Below, one piece after another: positions 16,781 to 25,939 of a stretch of 64,000 nt of DNA. This DNA comes from an uncultured Desulfobacteraceae bacterium (GTDB lineage Bacteria > Desulfobacterota > Desulfobacteria > Desulfobacterales > UBA5852). Numbering within the stretch: position 1 is the first letter of the stretch; every line of letters begins with the position of its first letter. A model generated the notes under the pieces. It worked only from the letters and a program-made list of their open reading frames with translations, was not told where the DNA came from and did no database searches. The DNA lies in assembly GCA_913060875.1 (NCBI GenBank), contig CAJXSL010000007.1:76769-140768 (forward strand), read 5' to 3'. Position numbers and translations under genes: made by a program.

Positions 16781-17692
16781 TCAGGAAATCATCCCTTCGA
16801 TAATATCTTTTATGGGCCTGATATCTTTAATCAAGGCGCTGATCTGGCCGGCACCGGCCGGGAAACGATCGAAATCTCCGGTGGACCAGGCCTGATACGC
16901 GTCGCCCAAATTGTATTCCTGGCTGAAATCTTTACTGGAAGCCATAAGTTCTTCCAGTTTGGGGTTGATAATGGTCCGCATGGTCATGCGTCCGAGGGGC
17001 AATAATGCCGTCCCTGCCTCAGGGCAGCCGACGATGGCCTCTTTCCATGCCTTGGAAGCCGGGCTCTCCTCGGAAGCCAGGAAAGCGGTCCCGATCTGGA
17101 CCCCCTGAGCACCCAGGGCAAGCGCAGCCTGATATCCGCGCCGGTCAGCGATGCCGCCGGCGGCCACCACCGGCACATCAACCATGTCGCAGACCACAGG
17201 GACAAGGATCAAATTGGTGGATTCAGGCCTATTGGTGCGCAGCCCGCCGGATTCCATGCCGGATACGATGATTCCGTCCGCGTCCGTCGCTTTGGCGGCA
17301 AGCTGTGCCGTCAGGGTTACATGGAGGCCTTTAAGACCCAGTTCCTTGATCTTGGGATATATTTTTTTCGGCGATCCGGCCGATGTGGTCACGACTTTGA
17401 CTCCCGCTTCGGCCAGTATCTCCAAAATGGCCTCATTGTTGGGGTTCATGGCGATCATGAGATTCGCCCCGAAGGGTTTGTCTGTCAGTTCTTTTACTTC
17501 GTTGACCATTTGCCGGACTTTTTCGGTATCGGTAATGAACCCTAACGCCAGAACACCAAACGCCCCCGCTTCGGATACCGCCGCCACCATTTTGGGATCA
17601 TTAAGCTGGCCAATGGGGCCTTGAATGATGGGATACTGGCAACCCAGAATTTCTAAGAGTTGTGTCATTGCATTATCCTTTTTCTTAGCCAT
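16781..17692 (-). CDS. nitronate monooxygenase / FabK-like FMN oxidoreductase
   Basis: LGCQYPIIQGPIG..., ...VSGMESGG..., VPVVAAGGIADRRG...LGAQGVQIGTAFL. The start is uncertain (17692 or 17668); the long N-terminal extension of the track ORF was discarded. Confidence 0.8.
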   Translation of the reverse strand: MAKKKDNAMTQLLEILGCQYPIIQGPIGQLNDPKMVAAVSEAGAFGVLALGFITDTEKVRQMVNEVKELTDKPFGANLMIAMNPNNEAILEILAEAGVKVVTTSAGSPKKIYPKIKELGLKGLHVTLTAQLAAKATDADGIIVSGMESGGLRTNRPESTNLILVPVVCDMVDVPVVAAGGIADRRGYQAALALGAQGVQIGTAFLASEESPASKAWKEAIVGCPEAGTALLPLGRMTMRTIINPKLEELMASSKDFSQEYNLGDAYQAWSTGDFDRFPAGAGQISALIKDIRPIKDIIEGMIS

Positions 17693-17915
17693 GCGTTGCA
17701 GCCAATTTTTCAAACATATGAGCCAACCCTGTCGTGAGCGTATAAATGTTTTCAACCGGCAGATTTTTATCCGCAGTGGTATCAAAGAATAGATTCAAAT
17801 CCGAATCCAGCCCGTCTTCTGGATTATTGTAGCAAATCAGAACTGGCAGAAGCGGAAGGGGTTTGATGGTCAGGTCGATATCTGCATCGTAATGGTTTTC
17901 AACGTTAGGGTCAAA

Positions 17916-18431
17916 TCATCCCAAAACTTCTTTGGCACACGCTTTGGCATTGGCCATGTCTTCCTCGTTGGGGCGTCCGGTCATCTGCTTGACCATTTCC
18001 GCCCACTGCTCGTCAGACATATTGAGTTTCTTCTGCACGGCCGCGTGCATGGATTCGGCCAGAAACCCCTGGCAATCGAAACAACCCGCGTATTCAATGC
18101 CGTTTTCCTGGCAGGCCGCTTTGATTGGCTCTGCAAATGCCTCCATGTCCTGGTCCGGATAGGCAGGGGCCATGTGCGTGATGAAACCAGCCAACTTCTG
18201 GCCGGAACTTGGCTGGATAACACCCAGACATTCTTTTATCGGGGCGGCCAAACTGCCAGAGTGCAACGGCGAACCTATAAAAACCACATCGTATCCGGCC
18301 ACTTCTTCGGGGGTAATGTCGGCAAGTTTTTTCAAATCGGCGTCATTGTTCTGTGCGGCCTCCCCATAGATGGCTCGGGCGATTTTTTCCGTGTTGCCAC
18401 TCTGGCTGAAATACGTCACTAACACCTTCAT
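17916..18431 (-). CDS. flavodoxin family protein
   Basis: Trimmed to MKVLVTYFSQSGNTEKIARAI (the flavodoxin FMN phosphate-binding loop). GGAGG RBS 8 nt upstream. Confidence 0.8.
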   Translation of the reverse strand: MKVLVTYFSQSGNTEKIARAIYGEAAQNNDADLKKLADITPEEVAGYDVVFIGSPLHSGSLAAPIKECLGVIQPSSGQKLAGFITHMAPAYPDQDMEAFAEPIKAACQENGIEYAGCFDCQGFLAESMHAAVQKKLNMSDEQWAEMVKQMTGRPNEEDMANAKACAKEVLG

Positions 18432-18665
18432 GATGATACCTCCTGTTATTTGAACTTCAATAAATAATAGACCGCTGAATTCGATAACAACTTTTATGAA
18501 GTGGTCTTTGTTGCTGCTTTTGACAATGCGGTCGGAATTCAACGTGCGTTGAAACTATCTATACCTGGTCCGTGTGTTTCTTCAGCTTCGCGTCTTGAGC
18601 ATTGTATCGTTGCTATTGATGGTTTACACCGAGACAGGGCACCTGTTCACGCCCGATACATCCCT

Positions 18666-18983
18666 CTAAATATCTTTTATCAAATCCACCATGAACACCA
18701 GGATCAACGTAAACACAAAAAAGGACACCGACGATATGCCACTGGCCCATACGATCTCCTTGGCGATATCGGTGAAGGCGCCGGGACGTGTGCCGCCGTA
18801 ATGGGAGAACATATTGTAGACGAAAACGTAGGACGCTACGCCGATTGGTGGAATCGGCAGCAGGTACCGCATATGCGGCGCGATTTGATTTTTCCAGAGC
18901 AGCAGGGCAATGCCGGCCAAAAGGATGACAACGCCCATGAAAATGACCGATAAAATGGTCGTCTTTAATATCGCAAGGTTCAC
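18666..18983 (-). CDS. small integral membrane protein, unknown function
   Basis: 105 aa with three predicted hydrophobic helices. No motif recognised. Confidence 0.45.
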   Translation of the reverse strand: MNLAILKTTILSVIFMGVVILLAGIALLLWKNQIAPHMRYLLPIPPIGVASYVFVYNMFSHYGGTRPGAFTDIAKEIVWASGISSVSFFVFTLILVFMVDLIKDI

Positions 18984-19012
18984 TTGATTCTCTCAATGAT
19001 GGAGTGAAAACG

Positions 19013-19651
19013 TTATTGCAAGCGCTCGCCGATTAATCGCCCGATTCGTTTGGCCTCATCCCATACGTCGTTTTGATCCTCGACCCTTGCGTAGGCGAAA
19101 TCGGCTACTTTGGCATCCGGATTGAGCCTCATTTTAACGCCACTCATCTCGCAGGAATCGCCCTCGCCGCAGTAGAGACAGGGGACGTTTCCCTGGACCG
19201 ATAATTGCCCCAACAGTTCCATGTTCTCGTAATCCCTGATCTCCGCCGCCAAGGCCGTATTGATGACATCCATTGCCCTGGGGTCGATACCTGTTAAAAC
19301 CGTTGCGCAGAGCTTTCCTTTGAGAAGATTCTTCTGGTGCCGGAAAGACCAGAATCGTTCCAACAGGGCTTTGGTAAAAGCATCGATTTGACCATAGGGC
19401 GGATAGGCACCGATAACCAACGCCTTGGCGGCTTTGATTTTTTGGGCCAGTTCCGGAAAATCGTCCTTCACCTTGCAGATATTGTCAGGAACGCATTTTT
19501 TACAGCCCAAACAGGGCCTGACGTTGATCCGGCTGAGTTTTACAAACTCCGTTTCCCGTCCGGTTGCATCCAGAATAGTGCGTACAAGACGATCCGTGTT
19601 GCTGTCTTTAATGGGGCTGCCCGAAACGCCTATGATTTGAGGTTGGGTCAT
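19013..19651 (-). CDS. iron-sulfur flavoprotein-like NADPH-dependent FMN reductase family protein
   Basis: Trimmed to MTQPQIIGVSGSPIKDSNTDRL (FMN_red motif). Cys cluster PCLGCKKCVPDNIC. Paralog of 21181..21834. Confidence 0.75.
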   Translation of the reverse strand: MTQPQIIGVSGSPIKDSNTDRLVRTILDATGRETEFVKLSRINVRPCLGCKKCVPDNICKVKDDFPELAQKIKAAKALVIGAYPPYGQIDAFTKALLERFWSFRHQKNLLKGKLCATVLTGIDPRAMDVINTALAAEIRDYENMELLGQLSVQGNVPCLYCGEGDSCEMSGVKMRLNPDAKVADFAYARVEDQNDVWDEAKRIGRLIGERLQ

Positions 19652-19792
19652 CGTAGCTCCTTGGAGACTAATCACGCCATGCATCTTGGCGTCGGTTTTG
19701 CGTATGCTGTAAATCCAACTTCCTTTATTCGATACGATCGGTTTTTCGATTCTCTATTTGAGCATTTCCATCCGCTTGGCCCGAAAATGATT

Positions 19793-20485
19793 TCACGCAG
19801 ATGTCAGCAGCGTTGGCAAATCCGCCAGGGTCTGGATTTCTGCATCCGGCTGCCCGGGCAGCCGCTCCCGGCTCTGGTCGAACCGATTCACCCAGGCCAC
19901 CTTGAATCCGAAGGCGGATGCACCTGAGGCGTCCCAGGCGTTGGAGGACTGGAAGACAATCTCTTCCGGTCTGACGTGCAGGCCATCGACCGCCATCTGG
20001 TATACGCGGAAATCGGGCTTGAAGATGCCGACATCCTCAACCGAAAAATTCTTTTCGATCAACGCTTCGATTCCCGCGTTTTTTACGGCCGCAGCGAGCA
20101 TGGCCGGCGTGCCGTTGGAGAGAATGGCCAGCCTGAAACCCCGGTCTTTCAGGGTTGCAAGCGTCTCAGGCACTTCCGCATAGCAGTCCAGATCCAGGTA
20201 GGCCGCCATGAGATCCTTGTGCAGGTCAGGATCGCTGATGCCATGCATATCAAAGGCAAAATCCAGGGCATCCTCGGTGACCTGCCAAAAGTCCTTATGA
20301 CGCCCCATCAAGCTGCGAAGCCAGGTGTATTCCAACTGCTTGGTGCGCCACAGGACAGACACTTGATCCGCGCTGTCCCCCAGCCGATGCCGATGTTTTC
20401 CAACAGCCGAGTGGACATCGAAAAGGGTGCCATACGCATCGAACACGCATGCCTTTATGCCGTCAATGGTTCTGTTCGCAGACAT
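19793..20485 (-). CDS. HAD superfamily hydrolase, type II haloacid dehalogenase-like
   Basis: Trimmed to the ATG at 20485 (GGAGG RBS). HAD motif I is CVFDAYGTLFDV. Later motifs ILSNG and ...SNAWD. Confidence 0.75.
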   Translation of the reverse strand: MSANRTIDGIKACVFDAYGTLFDVHSAVGKHRHRLGDSADQVSVLWRTKQLEYTWLRSLMGRHKDFWQVTEDALDFAFDMHGISDPDLHKDLMAAYLDLDCYAEVPETLATLKDRGFRLAILSNGTPAMLAAAVKNAGIEALIEKNFSVEDVGIFKPDFRVYQMAVDGLHVRPEEIVFQSSNAWDASGASAFGFKVAWVNRFDQSRERLPGQPDAEIQTLADLPTLLTSA

Positions 20486-20554
20486 AGGGACCTCCACTTG
20501 ATGATACGGGGTTAAAAGTGCTCCTATGATCATCTTACGCGCGAAATATCCGGG

Positions 20555-21142
20555 CTACGATGATGCCTCGCTCATCTTTTTCATCATTTCCTGCAGGCCC
20601 TCCACAGGCGCTCCCAGGGCGTCGGCCATGCGATCCATGAAGTTGAAAAGCGAAGCAACGGCAACGGCCTCGAAAAGCTCCTCGTCGGTGCAGCCGTGAT
20701 CACGCAGGTTTTGCAGCATGCCTTCGTGAATTTTGTATGAGTTGCGGGTAATGGTTTCGGCAAAACGAAGTATCCGTTTGGTTTTGTCATCGATCAGGGA
20801 AGAGCCGTCGATGTTCTCCAGAATGCTCTGCACTTGTTCCTGGGTGAAGCCCTGCGCCATGACCATGGCGCTGTGCGCGTCCACTCAGTAGGCACAGGCA
20901 TTCAGCTTGGAAACATAGGCGGCAATGAGTTCCTTGGTCGTCCTCGGCAGGGCATGGGTCTCCACCATCAAACGGTTGACATATTGGACGACGGGCTCCA
21001 GCAGGTCCGGACGAATGCTTTGGGCCACAAAGACCTTCGGCACCATCTGGAACATGGTTTGCAGCATGTCATAGGACGCCTGCAATTGGCCGTCGGATTT
21101 TTCGGGTTCCGTTATTTTCAGAAAATAGCTCATAGGTTCCAT
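20555..21142 (-). CDS. AhpD/carboxymuconolactone-decarboxylase-like selenoprotein; in-frame TGA (20885-20887) read as Sec
   Basis: Track ORFs 20885..21142 and 20555..20884 are contiguous and in frame. Joined they read ...AAYVSKLNACAY-U-VDAHSAMVMAQG..., which is the AhpD-type CxxC motif as CxxU. A SECIS-like hairpin follows. Confidence 0.8.
20854..20871 (-). promoter_or_regulatory. candidate bacterial SECIS hairpin
   Basis: It starts 13 nt after the UGA. Perfect 7-bp stem GCGCCAU / AUGGCGC with a GGUC loop. Confidence 0.55.
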
Positions 21143-21180
21143 CTCCTTTTTTGGGCCGCTAAACGACTATTTTAACGACG

Positions 21181-21834
21181 CTACATCATCATTTGCTTTT
21201 GAAGCCGGGTGCTGATCTCCTGCCCCAATGCATTGGCGCGCTCCCAGGTTTCGGTCTGGTCTTCCACCTGGCAGAACTTGTCAGGCGTCACCTTGGTATC
21301 GTCACCGAAAACCCACGGCAGGGCACTCATCGGGCAGGTTTCACCAAAACCGCATACCATGCACTCGGGATTGCCGGTTACTTTCAGCTGATCCAGCACT
21401 TCCATGCCTTCGAGGCTCAAAGCGCTGGCAATCTGGTTGGCCGCCTCCTCCAGCCCGGGGGCGCCACGTCCGATGCCGGTGGCGACCACCACGGCTAGTT
21501 TGCCCCGGTTCAGGCCGTTTTGGTGACGGAGGGAAAACAGCCGCTCCAGAAACGCCTTGGTAAATCCATCCACCATACCGTAAGGCGAATATCCGCCCAC
21601 GACAACAGCGCCGACGTGGCGGACTTTTTCAGCCAGTTCCTGGAAATCGTCCTTGGGCTTGCAGATATTGTCCTTTTTGCATCCAAGGCAGGCAATACAG
21701 GGGCGCACATTGATCTTGCTGAGTTTGACGAATTCGGACTTCAGTCCGCTGCTTTCGAGAACGGCCTGAACGAGACGGTCCGTGTTGCTGTTTTTAATGG
21801 GACTGCCTGAAATTCCTAGTATCTGGGGTTGCAT
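21181..21834 (-). CDS. iron-sulfur flavoprotein-like NADPH-dependent FMN reductase family protein
   Basis: Trimmed to MQPQILGISGSPIKNSNTDRL (GGAGG RBS). Cys cluster PCIACLGCKKDNIC. Paralog of 19013..19651. Confidence 0.75.
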   Translation of the reverse strand: MQPQILGISGSPIKNSNTDRLVQAVLESSGLKSEFVKLSKINVRPCIACLGCKKDNICKPKDDFQELAEKVRHVGAVVVGGYSPYGMVDGFTKAFLERLFSLRHQNGLNRGKLAVVVATGIGRGAPGLEEAANQIASALSLEGMEVLDQLKVTGNPECMVCGFGETCPMSALPWVFGDDTKVTPDKFCQVEDQTETWERANALGQEISTRLQKQMMM

Positions 21835-21901
21835 TGGTAAGCCTCCTTTGCTGGTTAAGCGTGAAATTCTGGCTACGATATGACCTTGGCGGCAATTTTT
21901 C

Positions 21902-21917
21902 TGTAGCAACTGTTACA
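21902..21917. promoter_or_regulatory. CRP/FNR-type palindrome candidate TGTAGCAACTGTTACA
   Basis: Half-sites TGTAGC / GTTACA separated by 4 nt, about 70-85 nt upstream of the flavoprotein ATG (21834). A near-identical site lies at 22945-22960. Confidence 0.45.
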
Positions 21918-21940
21918 TGTTTGAAAAAATTGCGATCCAG

Positions 21941-22063
21941 CCGGGACATTTCACGCGTTTGGGGCATCCATTTACGCGGCATTCAGGAACGCCCCACTGA
22001 ACGTGTGGACCGCACCTCCTGATAACGCAGAAAATGGATGCATCGGACGCACCCGCAGGGTAA
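21941..22063 (+). repeat. family-A intergenic repeat, partial copy
   Basis: It shares CCGGGACATTTCACGCGTT and the block CCTGATAACGC..ATGGA..GGACGC.CCCGCAGGGT.AA with 32849-32972. Confidence 0.55.
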
Positions 22064-22167
22064 AGATGTTCGGGGCAGCGAAAATGTGGAAGAGGAAGCC
22101 TGTATTCTTGCGAATGAGATTACCCGGAGGAATTGTCACATCCGGATTGTTGGGACGGTAGGATTTG

Positions 22168-22872
22168 TTATGCCGTTTTCAATGCCGGCAGGATGAGCCG
22201 TTTGTCCTCATGGATAATTTTGCCCGCTTTTTTTAATGCTTTCATGGCGCGGGTAATGCTGACCCGGTGGGCGCCGGTTAGAAAGCCCAGGTCTTCATGG
22301 GTCAACGGGAATTGGATGACGGTTCCCCGGGGGCTGTCCGTGCCATGCTCTTTGGCCACATTGGTGATGACGCGGTAAAGCCGGTCTTCAATATTCGTGA
22401 CGGCCAGACTCCCCACGCGCTTTGTCAGCCAGCTGATTCTGGCGCTTAAATTCTTGATGATCTGAAGGCCGACCTTGGGGTGCTGCAAGACCATTTCCTC
22501 AAACTGGCTCCGGCTGAACCCACAGGTCAGGGTATCTTCGAGGCAATAGGCGCTGACCGGGTATTGCCCTTCTTCCGAAAACATGTTTTCACCGACAAAG
22601 TCACCGGCCTTGCGGATATCCAGCGTCAACTCGGTGCCGTCTTCGAGAACTTTGGACAGTTTGACCCGCCCGCCTTTGATCAGGAACATTTCGTCGGCAG
22701 AATCTCCCTGCTGGAACAACGCGTGCCCCTTGGCGGACTTTTTTCGCAGCGCCTCCCGGCTGAGCGCCTGGATCTCCTCTGCTTCGAGGTTCTGGAATAT
22801 CCACAGGTGGCCGATGCACGTCGGCGCAAGTGCGATGTCGTCCCCGGCAATCTGTTCACACAGGCAAGCCAT
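22168..22872 (-). CDS. CRP/FNR family transcriptional regulator
   Basis: 234 aa with a cNMP-binding-like beta-roll. C-terminal HTH HEDLGFLTGAHRVSITRAMKALKKAG. The N-terminus is Cys-rich (MACLCEQ...PTC), which may indicate an FNR-like cluster (inference). Confidence 0.8.
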   Translation of the reverse strand: MACLCEQIAGDDIALAPTCIGHLWIFQNLEAEEIQALSREALRKKSAKGHALFQQGDSADEMFLIKGGRVKLSKVLEDGTELTLDIRKAGDFVGENMFSEEGQYPVSAYCLEDTLTCGFSRSQFEEMVLQHPKVGLQIIKNLSARISWLTKRVGSLAVTNIEDRLYRVITNVAKEHGTDSPRGTVIQFPLTHEDLGFLTGAHRVSITRAMKALKKAGKIIHEDKRLILPALKTA

Positions 22873-22944
22873 TAAACACCTCTGATCGTATCGGATTTTA
22901 TTTTGACCCGCTGATTTCCTCTACATCATATACATTTTATCGTC

Positions 22945-22960
22945 TGTAGCAACGGTTACA
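22945..22960. promoter_or_regulatory. CRP/FNR-type palindrome candidate TGTAGCAACGGTTACA
   Basis: Same motif as 21902-21917 with one spacer difference. It lies about 73-88 nt upstream of the CRP/FNR gene ATG (22872). Confidence 0.45.
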
Positions 22961-23052
22961 ATCTGCGACGGGGTGGTCATCAGATAATGGCCTGCTGCCG
23001 ACTGCAACGGTTAAAGCGTTGCCGGACAGTCCGTCGCTATAACCCGAATATT

Positions 23053-25695
23053 TTAGGAGATGTCCGGGCCGATATGTTGGGGTGCAGATGGAGAAGCGAG
23101 CAGCTCGCCATCGATGTCGGCAAGCATCTTATCGCGCAGGGCTTGCACGCGGGCGTTGTTTTTCATGACCATGTCGATCTGGCGGGTATGCAGTGAAAAA
23201 TAGCCGAGGATTTTAAGACGTTCATACATGAACGCGGAATCGTCGTTGTCAATGCGGGCGGTCAGGTGGTCCTCCCGGGTCGTGACGCGAAAGGCGTAGT
23301 TCTCCAGCAGATCGGCGATAAAATGGACACGCCTGAGCCGCCGCTCGATGTCGGCCGCCCCCCCTTTGAACTGAAACGTGATGTAGTTTTCGGGCGCGCG
23401 TTCGCTCACCAGGGCTTCGAGCGTTGCGAAATGATAGCCTAATCGGGAGCTGAGATTGCAGTAGTGTCGCGAGATCATGAAATAGTTTTTTTCGGCATAG
23501 CGGCTCTGGCGCCCCGTGGTGAGGGCCGTGTTGGCGGTGGATTGAAAGAGCACGGAAGCCAGTCCCCGATGGTCGATGGGGGGCGGGCCCGCCCAGGGAA
23601 TGGCCGTAAAGCCTTCCCAAAAAGCCAGCATGGGCGTCGAGGCGATATTTTCCAGGCGGACGTATTTCCCGTCAACTTCCTCCTTGAAGCCATCATCCAG
23701 ATTGAGCACCCACCACTGCATGGGCACTTCGAAAAAGAGCTGCTTGCTGGAACGCTCGGGAAACTGATGATCCTTGCCGAAGTTAAACATCTCCATAACG
23801 GATTTCTCGTGCAGGAACCGGGTGATGTCATGGAAGGTCCGGCAGTTCTGGGCATGAAATTCCCGTGCGGTCGGGTCCAAAAGGTTCAGGGGCACGATCA
23901 GCCGGTCGAGTTTTTGAAGCAGTTGAAAGACCGGTGAGTCGATAATGGGATTGACCACCTTCGGCGGGCGCGCTTGAAGTCCCTCGATGATCCCGGCGTA
24001 AACCTTCCGGCGGTCGGCGTCCAACGTCACCTCTTGCGCAGCGCCAAGACGCGCCATCGCTTCCGGGCAGCCGAAAAGGGCGGGCACACCGAATTCCCGG
24101 GCCACATTGGCCAGGTGGCCGGCAAAACCGCCCTGTTCCGACACCACGGCACTCGCCCGACCGATCAGGGTTGCCCAATGCGGCGCAGCCTGGCGCACCA
24201 CAAGCACGGCCCCCGGCGGGAACGTGAGCGCATCGGCGCGTCTGTCGGCCAGAAACACAGGACCGCTGCCGACACCCGGACTGGCCGTAACGCCCCCCTC
24301 CAAGAGTACTTCGGCCTCCGCAACAGCGGCGGCGGACTGCACGCCCCCGTCTTCCAACACCGCCACGGACAGGGGGCGGCATTGCAGCACGGTGACCCCG
24401 CCATCGGCCGTCAATGCCCATTCAATGTCCTGGGGGCGATTGTAGTGGGCTTCGATATCCAGGGTTACCTTGGCGACAGCGACCGCCTGCTCCGGTGTCA
24501 GGCATGGGCGGTCCGTCATTTCTCCGGCGGCGACCATTTGACAGACACCATCCTCCGGATTGCAGACAAAAAGGTCCTTCTTGTGCCGGACGGTCTGTTG
24601 AGCAAGGCGCAGTTCCGGAGATCTGTCAACGGTAAAACTGTCAAAGGCCGCCGATCCGTCGACGATTGTCTTGGGCAGGCCCCAGGCCGCATCGATATGA
24701 ATGCTGCGATCCGCCGGGTCTACCGGACTGACCGAATAGGCCACACCGCCGGTCATGGCGTCCACCATGACCATGGCGCCCACGGCGACCGCCAAATCTT
24801 CGTCCCGGATGCCTCGCCGGAGACGATAGGTCAATGCCTGCAGGCTGTACTTGCTGGCCACCACTTCCCGGTAAGACTCCCAAAGATGGTCCCGCGAGAC
24901 ATTGAGCTCCGTCCGAAACTGCCCCGCGAAAGTAACGGCTTCGCTGTCTTCGAACAGGCTGCTGCTGCGCAGCGCGATCCGAAGTCCGGTGCCATGGCGA
25001 GCGGCCAATGCCTTCCAGGCCAAATCGATGGCACTGGCAAGGTCGGGAGGAATGGGTGCCTTGAGCACCACCTGCTGGATGCGTGAACTCATACCCATTA
25101 GACCGGCGGTGTCTTCTGCGTCGGCCACCTGGAGGAGGCGGTCGATTTCATCCTGCAAGCCGGAATGCGCCATGAATCGCGTATAGGCCGCAGTCGTGAT
25201 CACAAAACCGTCGGGGATGTTCATCCGGGTGTGGCCATGGAGTTCCCCCAAATTGGCCATTTTGCCTCCGGCCTGCTCCCGCCAGGTGTTATCGATGACA
25301 TTGAGGGGCACAACGAGGGCGGAATCGACGTGGGGACGAAAGGACGTTTCCAGAAGCTTCAGGATCTGTTGCTGGATCGCGTTAAACTGCTGTCGCAATT
25401 CCGGATATTTTTCCGGCGCCAACACTTCCATACAACGGATCATGCGCAGCACGGAAGCCGCAATTGCGGTGCAGGTCGACCGCACGAAAGTCATGCCGAA
25501 GGCACTCTCCCCCCGCAGCGCGCCTTCGATTGCGGCCATCTTTTCAAGCGCCTGTTTGTTGGCGCTTAGCAGCAGCTTGAAGTGGTGATAGCGGTCCTTG
25601 AAGTCCACCCGCAGTTTCTCGGCCGCTTCCTCGGAAAGGGGCGGCTGGGAAGGGAAAAACAGGCGATTCCAATATTCCCGAATGCGTCCCATCAT
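23053..25695 (-). CDS. PEP/pyruvate-binding (PPDK_N ATP-grasp) plus PEP-utilising swivel-domain protein with an uncharacterised C-terminal region
   Basis: 880 aa. ATP-grasp-like region (GGKMANLGEL...). Phosphohistidine swivel motif SEQGGFAGHLANVAREFGVPALFG. I cannot assign the last 300 aa or so. Confidence 0.7.
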   Translation of the reverse strand: MMGRIREYWNRLFFPSQPPLSEEAAEKLRVDFKDRYHHFKLLLSANKQALEKMAAIEGALRGESAFGMTFVRSTCTAIAASVLRMIRCMEVLAPEKYPELRQQFNAIQQQILKLLETSFRPHVDSALVVPLNVIDNTWREQAGGKMANLGELHGHTRMNIPDGFVITTAAYTRFMAHSGLQDEIDRLLQVADAEDTAGLMGMSSRIQQVVLKAPIPPDLASAIDLAWKALAARHGTGLRIALRSSSLFEDSEAVTFAGQFRTELNVSRDHLWESYREVVASKYSLQALTYRLRRGIRDEDLAVAVGAMVMVDAMTGGVAYSVSPVDPADRSIHIDAAWGLPKTIVDGSAAFDSFTVDRSPELRLAQQTVRHKKDLFVCNPEDGVCQMVAAGEMTDRPCLTPEQAVAVAKVTLDIEAHYNRPQDIEWALTADGGVTVLQCRPLSVAVLEDGGVQSAAAVAEAEVLLEGGVTASPGVGSGPVFLADRRADALTFPPGAVLVVRQAAPHWATLIGRASAVVSEQGGFAGHLANVAREFGVPALFGCPEAMARLGAAQEVTLDADRRKVYAGIIEGLQARPPKVVNPIIDSPVFQLLQKLDRLIVPLNLLDPTAREFHAQNCRTFHDITRFLHEKSVMEMFNFGKDHQFPERSSKQLFFEVPMQWWVLNLDDGFKEEVDGKYVRLENIASTPMLAFWEGFTAIPWAGPPPIDHRGLASVLFQSTANTALTTGRQSRYAEKNYFMISRHYCNLSSRLGYHFATLEALVSERAPENYITFQFKGGAADIERRLRRVHFIADLLENYAFRVTTREDHLTARIDNDDSAFMYERLKILGYFSLHTRQIDMVMKNNARVQALRDKMLADIDGELLASPSAPQHIGPDIS

Positions 25696-25724
25696 GGTCT
25701 GGCCACGCCTCGCATATCCATTAG

Positions 25725-25750
25725 ATAGTGCCCATCCATAAATGGCATCT
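25725..25750. repeat. family-B short repeat ATAGTGCCCATCCATAAATGGCATCT
   Basis: A near-identical 26-mer lies at 48612-48637. Both sit 20-35 nt upstream of a minus-strand start codon. Confidence 0.55.
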
Positions 25751-25811
25751 CTGGACGAACACTATACAGGTCATTGCAGACCCGGCATCAATTTCCGTTG
25801 GCCCACACTAG

Positions 25812-25878
25812 CCCGGATATTTCATGAAAATGTTAAGGCAAATTTACAGGGATGCCTCCATCGCGTGAGATATCCGGG
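25812..25878. repeat. family-A terminal motif forming a hairpin
   Basis: CCCGGATATTTCA (25812-25824) and TGAGATATCCGGG (25866-25878) are inverted copies with 1 mismatch. Confidence 0.5.
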
Positions 25879-25939
25879 TTGACGATCGGGGTCTCCCCGC
25901 GTCAGGAAAAGACGACGGGAAGACCCCGGGTCAATAATG

